NCBI GenBank assembly: GCA_041482015.1
Contig: JBGPCZ010000004.1
Span: 13,027-77,026, forward strand
Length of the DNA: 64,000 bases
From: Planctomycetota bacterium
Lineage (GTDB): Bacteria; Planctomycetota; MHYJ01; JACPRB01
Reading direction: 5' to 3'
The notes under the pieces are model-generated. The model was given only the letters and a program-made list of their open reading frames with translations. It had not been told where the DNA came from and did not search any database. Of the stretch, positions 1 to 9,369 are shown piece after piece (within the stretch, counting starts at the first letter, position 1; each line of letters opens with the position of its first letter). The position numbers were made by a program, and so were the translations under genes.

Positions 1-2798
1 ACAACACGTGGGGCTGCGGCCTGAGCGAGGAGGGCCTCGTCTTCGGCTCGACCGCGAACGGCAACCCGAGCGAGTACATGCCGATCCCCAACCGCTACTA
101 CGAGTCGGTCCAGGGCTGGACCGCGGGCCGCCTGGGCGGCATCTCCGGCAACCCGGAGTTCCACCCGGTCACCGACCGTGTCCGCCAGGTGGACTTCCAC
201 GGCCGCTTCACCGCCGCCGCCGGCCACGAGCTCTACACGGCGCGGCTCTTTCCGAAAGAGTACTGGAACCGCACGGCGTTCGTATGCGAGCCGACTGGCC
301 ACCTCGCGGCGACGTTCGTCCTCGAACCCAAAGGGGCGAATTTCTCCTCGACCGTCGGCTGGAACCTCCTGGCCAGCGACGACGAGTGGACCGCCCCGAT
401 CGCCGCCGCGGTCGGCCCCGACGGCGCCGTCTGGGTGATCGACTGGTACAACTACATCGTCCAGCACAACCCGGTCCCGCGGGGCTTCAAGAACGGGAGG
501 GGCAACGCCTACGACATCGACCTCCGCGACAAGACCCACGGCCGCATCTACCGCGTCTATCCAAAGGGGGCGAAATTCCCCGCGCCGAGGCGCCTGGACA
601 CGGCATCGCCCGGGGAACTGGTCGCGACGCTCAAGGACGACAACCTTTTCTGGCGCATGCACGCGCAGCGGCTGCTCGTCGAACGCGGTCAGAAGGACGT
701 CGTTCCCGCGCTCGAGGCCCTCGCGCGCGACCGGGCCGTCGACGCGATCGGCCTCAATCCGGCCGCGATCCACGCGATCTGGACCCTGCGGGGACTGGGC
801 GCCGCCGTGCCGGTCGAGGCGCTCGATCACAAATCCGCGGGGGTCCGCCGCGCCGCGGCTCCGGCCGGCCCCGTGAAACTCCTCAGCGATCCCGACGCGC
901 AGGTCCGGATGGCCGCGCTCCTCGCGCTCGCCGACGCCCCCGCCTCGATCGAGGCCGGCCAGGCGGTCTTCGCGATGATCCAGAAGCCGGAGAACGCGGG
1001 CGACACGTGGATCCCCGACGCCGCGACCGCGGCCGCCGCGCGCCACGATGCGGGGTTCCTGAAGGCGGTGCTCGCGAGCCTGAAGCCCTCCTTCGCTGAA
1101 GCTCCGGCGGGCAAGCCCGAGGGCGACGTCGCCGCCCGACGCGATCCAGTCAACCTGCTCCCCAAGAATCCAAATGGATGGAGGAAGGTGACCTACTCGG
1201 GGACCGCCGAGCACACGGTCGACGACACCGGGAGGAAGAACAAGCGGAGCCTGAAGATCGCCTCGACCGACGGATCGGACGCGAGCTGGTCGGTGACGGT
1301 CGACGTCCGCCCGCAGACGCGCTACCGCCTCTCGGGCTGGGTGAAGACAAAGGACCTCGCGGCCGGCAGCGGCAAGGGCGCGCTCTTCAACATCCACGAA
1401 CTCCAGGCCGAAGGCCTCCCGCGCCCGGTGACGGGCACCTCGGACTGGAAGCGCCTCGAGATCGAGTTCTCGTCGGGCGCGCTCTCGCACGTCACGGTCA
1501 ACTGCCTTTACGGCGGCTGGGGACGGTCCAAGGGCGAGGCCTGGTGGGACGAGGTCGAGCTCGTCGAGGTCTCGGGCCCGAGCCTCCCCGGCCGCGTGGG
1601 CGAGATCGTCACGATCGTCACGCGGAACTACGCGCGCCGCGGCCCGTCGGAGTCGGTCGTCGCGACGCTCTCCGCGCTCAAGGGCGCCGACGCGCGCCTC
1701 GCGGGCTTTGTCCTCGACGGGCTGGCCGACGGCTGGCCGAAGGGCGTGTCGCCCGACCTCACGGCAACCCAGAAGGAGGAGCTCTCCAGCGTCATGAAGG
1801 CGCTCCCGATCGAGCTCCGCGACCGCCTGCTCGCGCTCGCCGACCAGTGGGGCCGGCGCGATCTCTTCGCCGCCGACGCCGCCGCGACGATCGACGCGCT
1901 CGCCGCGCGGGTCGCCGACGGCTCGCTCCAGGTCGAGGAGCGGGTCGCCTCCGCACGACGGCTCGTCCGCATCGCCGACCTCCCCGCGACGGCGGAGAAG
2001 ATCGTCGCGCCCGTCACGCCGCTGGCGCCGCCCGTGCTCGTAAACGGCCTCCTCGACGCGCTCTCCGAGAGCCGGCTCGCGGAGACGGGCGTGATCGTGC
2101 TGTCGAAATGGACGGCCCTGACGCCGGCCACGCGCCGGGGCGGGATCGCGCTCCTCATGAGGCAGCCCGCGTGGACGCGGGCGCTCCTCGACGCGGTCGA
2201 GAAGGACGCGATCGCGAAGACCGACCTCGCCGCCGAGCACTGGCAACAGCTCAAGCTGAACCCCGACCGGGAGATCGCGGCGCGCGCGCAGAAGATCGAG
2301 GCGACCGGCCCGGGCGCCGTCTCGCCCGACCGCGAGAAGATCTACCAGAAAATGCTCCCGCTCGCCGACCGGAAGGGCGACCTCGCCAAGGGGAAGGCGG
2401 TCTTCGCCACGCTCTGCTCGAAGTGCCACCTGCTCGCGGCCGAAGGAGGCAAGGTGGGCCCCGAACTCACCGGCATCGGCGCGCGCCCGCGGAAGGACAT
2501 CCTTCTGGAGATCGTCGATCCCAACCGCAGCGTCGAGGCGAACTACCGGATGTGGCAGGTGAAGACCGTGGACGGGCAGGTCCTGGCCGGCCGGCTCGAC
2601 ACCGAGACCGCGACTTCAATCGAGCTCTACGACGTCGAGGGGAAAAGCCACGTCGTCCAGCGGAAGGACATCGAGCTCATGAAGGCCTCGGCCCTTTCGA
2701 TCATGCCGGTGGGCCTGGTCGACCTGCTGCCGGAGGACGACATCGCGTCGCTGCTGGAGTTCCTGGCGTCGTCCCGCGAGGGAGGGAAGAAGAAGTAA
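1..2798 (+). CDS. PVC-type heme-binding CxxCH protein (membrane-bound dehydrogenase domain, HEAT repeats, CBM-like insert, C-terminal cytochrome c); 5' end cut by window edge
   Basis: The frame is open from nt 3 (NTWGCGLSEEG...), so the listed Met at 78 is internal. Paralogous to 56449..59688 (DWYN.I..H, THGRI.RV). C-terminal CSKCH heme motif and SIMPVGL...LLEFL tail. Confidence 0.85.
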   Translation, partial: NTWGCGLSEEGLVFGSTANGNPSEYMPIPNRYYESVQGWTAGRLGGISGNPEFHPVTDRVRQVDFHGRFTAAAGHELYTARLFPKEYWNRTAFVCEPTGHLAATFVLEPKGANFSSTVGWNLLASDDEWTAPIAAAVGPDGAVWVIDWYNYIVQHNPVPRGFKNGRGNAYDIDLRDKTHGRIYRVYPKGAKFPAPRRLDTASPGELVATLKDDNLFWRMHAQRLLVERGQKDVVPALEALARDRAVDAIGLNPAAIHAIWTLRGLGAAVPVEALDHKSAGVRRAAAPAGPVKLLSDPDAQVRMAALLALADAPASIEAGQAVFAMIQKPENAGDTWIPDAATAAAARHDAGFLKAVLASLKPSFAEAPAGKPEGDVAARRDPVNLLPKNPNGWRKVTYSGTAEHTVDDTGRKNKRSLKIASTDGSDASWSVTVDVRPQTRYRLSGWVKTKDLAAGSGKGALFNIHELQAEGLPRPVTGTSDWKRLEIEFSSGALSHVTVNCLYGGWGRSKGEAWWDEVELVEVSGPSLPGRVGEIVTIVTRNYARRGPSESVVATLSALKGADARLAGFVLDGLADGWPKGVSPDLTATQKEELSSVMKALPIELRDRLLALADQWGRRDLFAADAAATIDALAARVADGSLQVEERVASARRLVRIADLPATAEKIVAPVTPLAPPVLVNGLLDALSESRLAETGVIVLSKWTALTPATRRGGIALLMRQPAWTRALLDAVEKDAIAKTDLAAEHWQQLKLNPDREIAARAQKIEATGPGAVSPDREKIYQKMLPLADRKGDLAKGKAVFATLCSKCHLLAAEGGKVGPELTGIGARPRKDILLEIVDPNRSVEANYRMWQVKTVDGQVLAGRLDTETATSIELYDVEGKSHVVQRKDIELMKASALSIMPVGLVDLLPEDDIASLLEFLASSREGGKKK

Positions 2799-2886
2799 AG
2801 CTCACCACAAAGTCACAAAGGACATCCAGAAGACCCCTTCGAGAGGAAAACACCGCTCCAAGCGCGTCCACTGAATAGGGGGTCGT

Positions 2887-4950
2887 ATGTCGATAGTGGG
2901 TTTGGCCTTCGCCCTTTGGACGCAAGCCGAGGACTTCGATCGTCTCGTGGTGCAGCTGGGTAGTGACTCGATCGAGACGCGGGACGAGGCCGAGACCCGG
3001 CTTATCGAACATGGGGCCAAGGCTCAGAAGGTCGTGGAGTCGCTGCTCCGTTCTCCCGACCCCGAGCGGCGGCTTCGTGCAGCGCGCATCCTCAAGTATT
3101 ACGACTGGGGATTGACTCCTCAAACGAGGAGCGAAATCGACTCGCTCCTGGAGCGATGCCGGATCTCTCCCCTCGATGATAGGAGCCATGCGGACGACCA
3201 ACTCCTCATCGACGTCGACCTCTGGAAGCGGTGGCAGGATCTTGGCCCGAAACCGATCCGCTACCTCCTTGAGATGCACCGGGCAACGCCCCAGGGTCTC
3301 CGCCGCGGCCAGGTCCTGTACCTCGCATCCTTGGCCGGGGACCGATCGGCGCTGGACGCTGCGCTGACGGGGCTGGAGTCCCCTCACCCGGCGGTACGAG
3401 AGTACGCCGCGCGGGCCTGCCGCCGGATCGGCGATGCTGAGGCCGTCCCAAGACTGGCCTCACTTCTTTCGGAACCCCCTGTCCTTGATCCCGATCCACG
3501 ACAGCGCCGAACCTACTGTGTCGCTGAGAAGGCCGCGTGGGCGATCCAGGGGATCGTAGGCTTTCCGATCGACCCAGAACAATGGGTCGAGAGAATCTAT
3601 CCGTACCACACCGCTCATCACGGAATCTTCCCCCGCCTCGAACGGTTTCGGGCTTGGTGGGAGCGCAATCAGGATCGACATTCGGTCGACGAGTGGCGCC
3701 AGGGCGCGCGTGAGGACGCGCGTGCTCTCACGGAAGACTCACGGCCCCCGAAAGACCGGCTGAGTGGCTGCATGCTGCTCATGGCCCTCGGGGGCGACGA
3801 CGACCGTCTCTGTCGCATCGTTCTTGAGCTCTGTGGAAGGGTGCCCAAGGACAGCGAGGACTTCCACCTGAGATGGAGAGCGATCGGCTTTTTCAAGTCT
3901 CGACCTGACCCGGAGGACGGCTACCGGGGCCGCCCCTGGGAGAAGATCGAGGAGACCCTCCTGGAGACGCTCGCCGACGGCAGGCGATCCTCTCAGTGGC
4001 CCGCAGCGCTGGGGATAGCGTGGCACCTTTCCGGGGGGATGTTCACGGATCCCGTCTTCTATCCCAGCTTCTTCGGAAAGGATTTTCCTTTCGACCGACT
4101 CCGACCGACCTTGGAGTTGCGCCTGGGCGCGAAGGAGCCTGTGACGCGCTACCTGGCAGCCCTCACGCTGGGATTCAAGGGCAACCCGCGCGCCGAGGGC
4201 CCGCTGATCGAGTTCCTCGTCACAGCCTTCCAAGAAGGCGCACGAGAGCGGCTCCCATGGCTCCAGGAGGCGGCGACATGGACGGAGGCGTGGAATTGTG
4301 GCGAGCCGCTCTTCGAGCGCTGGGCTTTGGCGGCGCTCATGAGGGTCGGGTCTGACAAGTCGAGACCGATCTTGCAGAAATGGGCCAAGGGGGATCGTTC
4401 CCCCCTGGTCGCTTGCCGCGCGCTGGCCAAGCTGGGCGAAAGTTCCGTGGTCCCGCTGATTCGTCCCTATCTCGATGCGCCTGAGGAGAAGGTTCCCGAG
4501 GGGGATTTCTCGGCGTGGTGCCGCGCCTATCGATGCGAGGAGGATCGCGGGATCGCCTTCATCTGCCTCTATCACCTTCGTCACGATGAAGCGCTGGCCT
4601 GGTTGCGTAAGAAATACTCCACGGGAGTAGAACCAAAGTTCCTCAACAGTGATGCCGTAATCGAACTTATCCAGGGCAACGACTCGCTGGCCGTGGAGAT
4701 CTGGCTGACCTCGCGAGACAGGTATGCCGATCGCGTGTGGGAGAAGCTTCCGACCCTGTCGCCCGAAGTCCTGGTCCCGGCGCTTGTCGACCACGCCTCT
4801 CGCGGTTCAGCCGAAGCCCACCGGGTGCTTGCTCGCCTGGCCCCGGGAGAGGGCTTGGAATCCAAGAAGGCCGAAGAATTGCGCTCCTGGTGGGAAAGAG
4901 TGAAGACGACTTTTTCGATCGACCCCGCTGCGTTTCGCGCGGCTCGGTGA
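2887..4950 (+). CDS. HEAT-repeat protein with signal peptide and N-terminal LGSD...DPE.R module
   Basis: 687-aa ORF with non-shadow composition. Repeated helical ...A..AL..LG... units. N-terminus QLGSDSIETRDEAETRL...SPDPERRLRAARIL. Lower GC3 than its neighbours. Confidence 0.75.
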   Translation: MSIVGLAFALWTQAEDFDRLVVQLGSDSIETRDEAETRLIEHGAKAQKVVESLLRSPDPERRLRAARILKYYDWGLTPQTRSEIDSLLERCRISPLDDRSHADDQLLIDVDLWKRWQDLGPKPIRYLLEMHRATPQGLRRGQVLYLASLAGDRSALDAALTGLESPHPAVREYAARACRRIGDAEAVPRLASLLSEPPVLDPDPRQRRTYCVAEKAAWAIQGIVGFPIDPEQWVERIYPYHTAHHGIFPRLERFRAWWERNQDRHSVDEWRQGAREDARALTEDSRPPKDRLSGCMLLMALGGDDDRLCRIVLELCGRVPKDSEDFHLRWRAIGFFKSRPDPEDGYRGRPWEKIEETLLETLADGRRSSQWPAALGIAWHLSGGMFTDPVFYPSFFGKDFPFDRLRPTLELRLGAKEPVTRYLAALTLGFKGNPRAEGPLIEFLVTAFQEGARERLPWLQEAATWTEAWNCGEPLFERWALAALMRVGSDKSRPILQKWAKGDRSPLVACRALAKLGESSVVPLIRPYLDAPEEKVPEGDFSAWCRAYRCEEDRGIAFICLYHLRHDEALAWLRKKYSTGVEPKFLNSDAVIELIQGNDSLAVEIWLTSRDRYADRVWEKLPTLSPEVLVPALVDHASRGSAEAHRVLARLAPGEGLESKKAEELRSWWERVKTTFSIDPAAFRAAR

Positions 4951-4958
4951 AAGCGAAA

Positions 4959-4995
4959 GATCGGGAGGAGCGGCCCGCGCCGCCCCTCCCCGATC
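4959..4995. terminator. Candidate bidirectional hairpin between convergent genes
   Basis: GATCGGGAGG ... CCTCCCCGATC inverted repeat (10 bp, one bulge) in the 52-nt gap between the stops at 4950 (+) and 5003 (-). No clear U-tract. Confidence 0.3.
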
Positions 4996-5002
4996 GATGA
5001 GG

Positions 5003-5365
5003 CTATTTCGCCGGCCGGTGGACGCTGTGGCAGGCCTTGCAGTCGCTCGCCGTCTTGAGCTTGTCGGCCGCGCCCGCCTTCTTTTCGGCGACTTCCTTGG
5101 ACGCCGCGAGCAGGGCCTCGGTCTTGTCCTTCCAGCTCTTCTCGTCGCCCTGGGGCGCCTTGAACGTCACGAGCGCCTCGTAGAAGCTCACGAGCTTCTT
5201 GGCGTCGTCGTCGGTCCCCTTGCCGCCCTTGATCTTTTCGAGCAGGGAGTCCTTGCCCTTGTGGGCCACCATGACTTCCTTGATCGACTTGGGCGCGTCC
5301 TGCGCCGCCGCGCCCAGAAGGAACGCGACCGCCAGGGCCCCGGCAACACCTCCCGCATACCGCAT
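5003..5365 (-). CDS. Class II (cytochrome c'-like) four-helix c-type cytochrome, secreted
   Basis: Signal peptide MRYAGGVAGALAVAFLLGAAA. Single CKACH heme motif at the extreme C-terminus, as in cytochrome c'/c556. Start chosen at ATG 5365, preceded by GGAGGAGG; the listed start at 5401 has no RBS. Confidence 0.7.
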   Translation of the reverse strand: MRYAGGVAGALAVAFLLGAAAQDAPKSIKEVMVAHKGKDSLLEKIKGGKGTDDDAKKLVSFYEALVTFKAPQGDEKSWKDKTEALLAASKEVAEKKAGAADKLKTASDCKACHSVHRPAK

Positions 5366-5554
5366 GGCACCTCCTCCTAATGAATAAAAATCCCAGTCCA
5401 CTCTTTTTCTTACACCCCGACCCCGCCCCTGTTGTGGAGTATTGGACTCTAACGACGGTTGCTCCCCGGGCGTTCCCCCTCCCGGCGTTTTCCAGATTGG
5501 GGGAATCGGCGAGACTATGCTCCGACCCGCGGACTGTCCAGAGATCGCAGGACC

Positions 5555-6565
5555 CTACCAGCGGATCGTGAGCCCGGCATGGAAGCCGAGATCGGGGCTG
5601 TTCACGAAGTTGAGGATGTTCTCGATGATCCCCGCCTCGAAGAGGAGGCCGGGCTCGATCTCCCACTTGAAGCCGCCGGCGACCTCGTTCGAGGGCAGCG
5701 CGAAGTCCCGCAGACCGTCGACCGCCCCGCCCGTGATCAGGTACTGGGCGACCAGCGAAAATCCCGGGAGACAGTTCCACTCCAGCGCGGCCAGGCCCGA
5801 CCACTGCCACGTCCGGAGCCTGATCCCGAAGAAATTGTCCCGGCCGTACCACGCCCCGATCGCGCCCGCGTAGAGTCGGAACCCCGACGACAGGTCCTTC
5901 GACACGGAGAGGGAGGCCGCCAGGTCGACCGGCGTCGCCTCCTCGAGATCCCCTCCGCCGCCCAGCTTCGCCCGGAGGGTGACCGCGTACGAGACGGCGG
6001 GCAGGAGGTCGTTTCCATACGTGACCACGTGCTGGAACGAGAGCATCGCCGACTCGACGAACGGCTGCGGGTCCTCGCGGTCGACGTGCACCGGCGGCCC
6101 CACGTCCGGCGAGTGCACGTTGAACACGTAGTCGTTGCGGGGGAACCGCGTGCGGGGGCCGAGCGCGAGCCCGAAGGTGTCGTGGAACCCGATGATGAGC
6201 GCGTCAAGACCGCCGCCCGTCCGCTCGCCGCTGACGATCTCCAATTCGACCCGGACATGGTCCGAGAGGCCCCAGCTGAACGAGACGTCCGAAGCGACCA
6301 CCTCGTAGTCGATCTCCCAGTAGTTGTTGGCCGCCAGGTCCTTGCCCCACTCCGACTGGACGTGGAGCTCGAAGGTGTGCTCCGAAAACGAGGCCGGGAA
6401 GTAGGGCGATAGGTTCATGCGGAGCGAGGAGAAGGGAGAGAGCGACGTCTGGCGGAACGGCCCGTAGCCGACGTTGGGTTTCTGGAACCAGCTGCTGTCG
6501 TCGCCGGGTTCCTGGGCGGAGGCGGGGAGGGCCGCGGCGAGCAACGCGAGGAGCGCGGCCGTCAT
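5555..6565 (-). CDS. Putative outer-membrane beta-barrel protein
   Basis: Signal peptide MTAALLALLAAALPASAQE. Alternating-hydrophobic strands. Aromatic C-terminus ...GLTIRW. Start at 6565 with GGTGGAG upstream; the listed N-terminal extension is Arg/Gly-rich. Confidence 0.6.
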   Translation of the reverse strand: MTAALLALLAAALPASAQEPGDDSSWFQKPNVGYGPFRQTSLSPFSSLRMNLSPYFPASFSEHTFELHVQSEWGKDLAANNYWEIDYEVVASDVSFSWGLSDHVRVELEIVSGERTGGGLDALIIGFHDTFGLALGPRTRFPRNDYVFNVHSPDVGPPVHVDREDPQPFVESAMLSFQHVVTYGNDLLPAVSYAVTLRAKLGGGGDLEEATPVDLAASLSVSKDLSSGFRLYAGAIGAWYGRDNFFGIRLRTWQWSGLAALEWNCLPGFSLVAQYLITGGAVDGLRDFALPSNEVAGGFKWEIEPGLLFEAGIIENILNFVNSPDLGFHAGLTIRW

Positions 6566-6663
6566 CTCCACCCTCTCTTCAAGGCTTCCATCATCAGGCC
6601 GCATCCCCGGGCGTTCAAGGCATTTGTGCGCGCAGGCGGCATCGTGTTGAATAGACGCTCCCG

Positions 6664-7170
6664 ATGAAACTGAAATTCCTGATTCCCGCGGGCCTGCTTC
6701 TCGCGTCAGGTTGCCTCCACTCCGGCGGGCGCTCCGGGGAGATCCTCGCGCTCCAGGGAGACTTCGATCGCGGCCGCGACCTCGTCTTCGAATCGCCAAT
6801 GCAATGCCGCGCATGCCACCGGTTCGGATCGGGGGACGAGAAGATGGGCCCGGACCTCGAAAAGATCGGCGCGAAGTACGACCGGCGGAAGCTGCTCGAG
6901 ACCCTCCTCGACCCGTCGAGGGAGATCGAGCTGAAGTACGTGAGTTACCTCGTCGAGACGACGGGCGGCGCGATCCACGCCGGCATCGTGGTCGAAAAGA
7001 CGCCCGCGACGATCGTGCTCCGGGACGCGGAGAAGACGGTCGAGCTCGCGGCGAAGGATGTGAAGCGGATGGTCGCGCAGGAGAAATCGATCATGCCCGA
7101 CTCCCTCCTGCGGGAGTTCACGGCGCAGGACGTGGCCGACCTCCTCGAGTTTCTCTCGTCCCTGAAGTGA
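6664..7170 (+). CDS. Lipoprotein c-type cytochrome (stand-alone copy of the PVC-type C-terminal heme domain)
   Basis: Lipobox LLLASGC and CRACH heme motif. The rest aligns with the C-terminal domains of 1..2798 and 56449..59688 (GPDL..IG, SIMPD.LL, DLLEFL). Confidence 0.8.
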   Translation: MKLKFLIPAGLLLASGCLHSGGRSGEILALQGDFDRGRDLVFESPMQCRACHRFGSGDEKMGPDLEKIGAKYDRRKLLETLLDPSREIELKYVSYLVETTGGAIHAGIVVEKTPATIVLRDAEKTVELAAKDVKRMVAQEKSIMPDSLLREFTAQDVADLLEFLSSLK

Positions 7171-7171
7171 A

Positions 7172-8038
7172 CTATTTCTCCTGCCAGCGCTGCCACTCGA
7201 GGCCGGGACGGTCGACGCGGAACTGGACCAGCCGGCGCTTGTCGACCTCGGTGACGTAGACGGTCCGACCGTCCGGGCCGCCGAAGCAGACGTTGGTCGG
7301 ATGCTTGCCCAGGACGTCGACCTCGCGGAGGACCTTCCCTTCCGGCGAGACGACGGCAACCGTTCCCTTCCCGTGGCGCGTGACGTAGAGATTGCCGTCC
7401 ACGTCGCACCGCATTCCGTCGAAGCCGTGGTCGGGGAATTCCGCGAGGAGCCGCTTCCCCGTCACGCCTTCGGGCACGATCGCGAAGGCCCAGATCTTCC
7501 GCTGGACGCTCTCGTTCACGTAGAGCGTCTTCCCGTCGGGGCTCACCTCGATGCCGTTCGTCGTCCCCATCTCGCCGGCCAGGAGCGTCGTCTTCCCGTC
7601 GGTCCCGATCCGCCAAAGCTGGCCGGTCCCGTTCTTCCAACTCGGATCGCTCGCGTAGAGCGTCCCGTCGGGCGCGATCGCGAGGTCGTTGGGCTGGTTC
7701 ATCTTGGGCTCGTGCGCAAAGACCGTGATCTCGCGGGTCTTCGGGTCGATCCGGAGCACCTGGTGCTCCACGTAGTCCGCCACGTACATCAGGCCCTTCC
7801 GGTCGAAGCGGATGCCGTTCCCCGTGCTCTTCCCGGGAAGCGTGACCCAGACTTCGCCCTTTCCGTCCGGGGTGACGCGGCCGATCGTCTGCTGCTTTCC
7901 GAAGTTGACGGCGAAGATGTTCCCGTCGCGGTCGCAAGCGGGACCCTCGATGCCCTCGGTGAACAGGCCTTCGGCGGTCAGCGACGTCGCGTTCTCCTGC
8001 GCGGCCCAGAGGACCCATGCGGCCAGGATGTGTTTCAT
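7172..8038 (-). CDS. SMP-30/gluconolactonase/LRE family protein (secreted lactonase-like beta-propeller)
   Basis: 288 aa with repeated propeller blades (GPACDRDGN, NGIRFD, NDLAIAPDG, NGIEVSPDG, DGMRCDVDGNLYV, TNVCFGGPDG) typical of the family. Confidence 0.8.
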   Translation of the reverse strand: MKHILAAWVLWAAQENATSLTAEGLFTEGIEGPACDRDGNIFAVNFGKQQTIGRVTPDGKGEVWVTLPGKSTGNGIRFDRKGLMYVADYVEHQVLRIDPKTREITVFAHEPKMNQPNDLAIAPDGTLYASDPSWKNGTGQLWRIGTDGKTTLLAGEMGTTNGIEVSPDGKTLYVNESVQRKIWAFAIVPEGVTGKRLLAEFPDHGFDGMRCDVDGNLYVTRHGKGTVAVVSPEGKVLREVDVLGKHPTNVCFGGPDGRTVYVTEVDKRRLVQFRVDRPGLEWQRWQEK

Positions 8039-8097
8039 CGCGCTACCTCCCGTCGGGCGAGCATAGCCGACACGACCTTCCGCAGCAAGCGACCGCG

Positions 8098-9228
8098 TCA
8101 GCGCGACTCACGCCGGAACGCCGCGGGGGTCCGCCCGGTCGCCTTCCGGAAGAGCGAACTCAGGTAGGCCGGCTGGTGGAAGCCCAGCTGGTCGCTGATC
8201 CGGCGGACCGCGAGGTCCGTCGTCGCGAGCAGCGCCTTCGCGCGGTCGATCCGGAGCCGCTGGATCTCCGCCTTTGGCGTGCGCCCGAGATGTTTCACGA
8301 AGCGGTGCTCGAGGGCCCGGCGCGACAGCGGGACTTCGCGGAGGACCGAGCCCACGTCGATGCCCTCCAGCGCGTGGCGCCGGATGAAGTGGAGCGCCTT
8401 CGCGACGTACGGGTCGGCGATCGCGAGGATGTCCGTCGACTGCCGGGTCGAGACGCCGAGCGGCGCGACGAGCGTCGGCCCCGCGGGCGCCCGGCCGCCC
8501 CGCATCAACCGGTCCAAGAGGGCCGCCGCCTCGTAGCCCGCGCGCTCGGGGTTGAACGCCACGCTCGAGAGCGGCGGGTCGGAGAGCTCGCAGAGCTCCC
8601 GGTCGTCGTCCGCGCCGACGACCGCCACCTCCTCCGGCACCGCGAGCCCGCCCCGCCGGCACGCGTCGAGCGCGCGCAGGCCGTGGATGTCGTTCGTCGC
8701 GACGAGTCCGAGAGGCTTGGGCAGCGACGCGATCCAGCGCCGGAGCCGCTCCTGCTGCGCCTCCCACCGGCCGCCCGAGGGATGGATCGCGAGCGTCACC
8801 TTCGCGGCCCGCGCGACCTCCTCCACGCCCGAGAGCCGCTCCTCCGACCAGTGCTCCCCCCGCACCCCGTGGAAGGCGAGGTGGCGGAGCCCGCGGTCCA
8901 GCAGGTGCTGCGCCGCGATCCGCCCCACTGCGCGGTTGTCGTTCAGGATCATCGGGGTCCGCGCGCGCCGCTCCACGCGGTCGAACAGTCCCACCATCGG
9001 CAGGCCCGTCCGCGCCAGTCGCGGGTCGTCGCTCCGGGTGATGATCCCGTCCCCCTTCCAGCGGCCGATCCAGTCCGGGAGCGCCGCCCCGAGCTCGCGC
9101 TGCTCCAGGAAGATCGACCACGGCCCGCGCTCCTTCAGGTAGCGCGCGATCCCGCGTAGGACGCCGCGGCCGTACGCGATCGACGATTCGACGATCAGCG
9201 CCACGTGGGGACGGCTCCGGCGGGCCAT
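8098..9228 (-). CDS. XylR-type transcriptional regulator (LacI-like sugar-binding fold + C-terminal AraC HTH)
   Basis: N-terminal periplasmic-binding-like domain (VALIVESSIAYGRGVLRGI, GLVATNDIHG). C-terminal AraC-type HTH (ISDQLGFHQPAYLSSLFRKATGRTPAAFR). Divergent from the sugar operon. Confidence 0.8.
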   Translation of the reverse strand: MARRSRPHVALIVESSIAYGRGVLRGIARYLKERGPWSIFLEQRELGAALPDWIGRWKGDGIITRSDDPRLARTGLPMVGLFDRVERRARTPMILNDNRAVGRIAAQHLLDRGLRHLAFHGVRGEHWSEERLSGVEEVARAAKVTLAIHPSGGRWEAQQERLRRWIASLPKPLGLVATNDIHGLRALDACRRGGLAVPEEVAVVGADDDRELCELSDPPLSSVAFNPERAGYEAAALLDRLMRGGRAPAGPTLVAPLGVSTRQSTDILAIADPYVAKALHFIRRHALEGIDVGSVLREVPLSRRALEHRFVKHLGRTPKAEIQRLRIDRAKALLATTDLAVRRISDQLGFHQPAYLSSLFRKATGRTPAAFRRESR

Positions 9229-9369
9229 GTTAAAAAGTTAACCCTTTGACCTCCCTCGCGTCAAGGACTAGGGGGGAGAATGTAAAATAACGATATTCTT
9301 TTGCGCGTTCGGGGATTCCCCGGCACGGCCCGCCCGGCTATCGTGAGGGGGTTGCACGAAAGGATCTCC

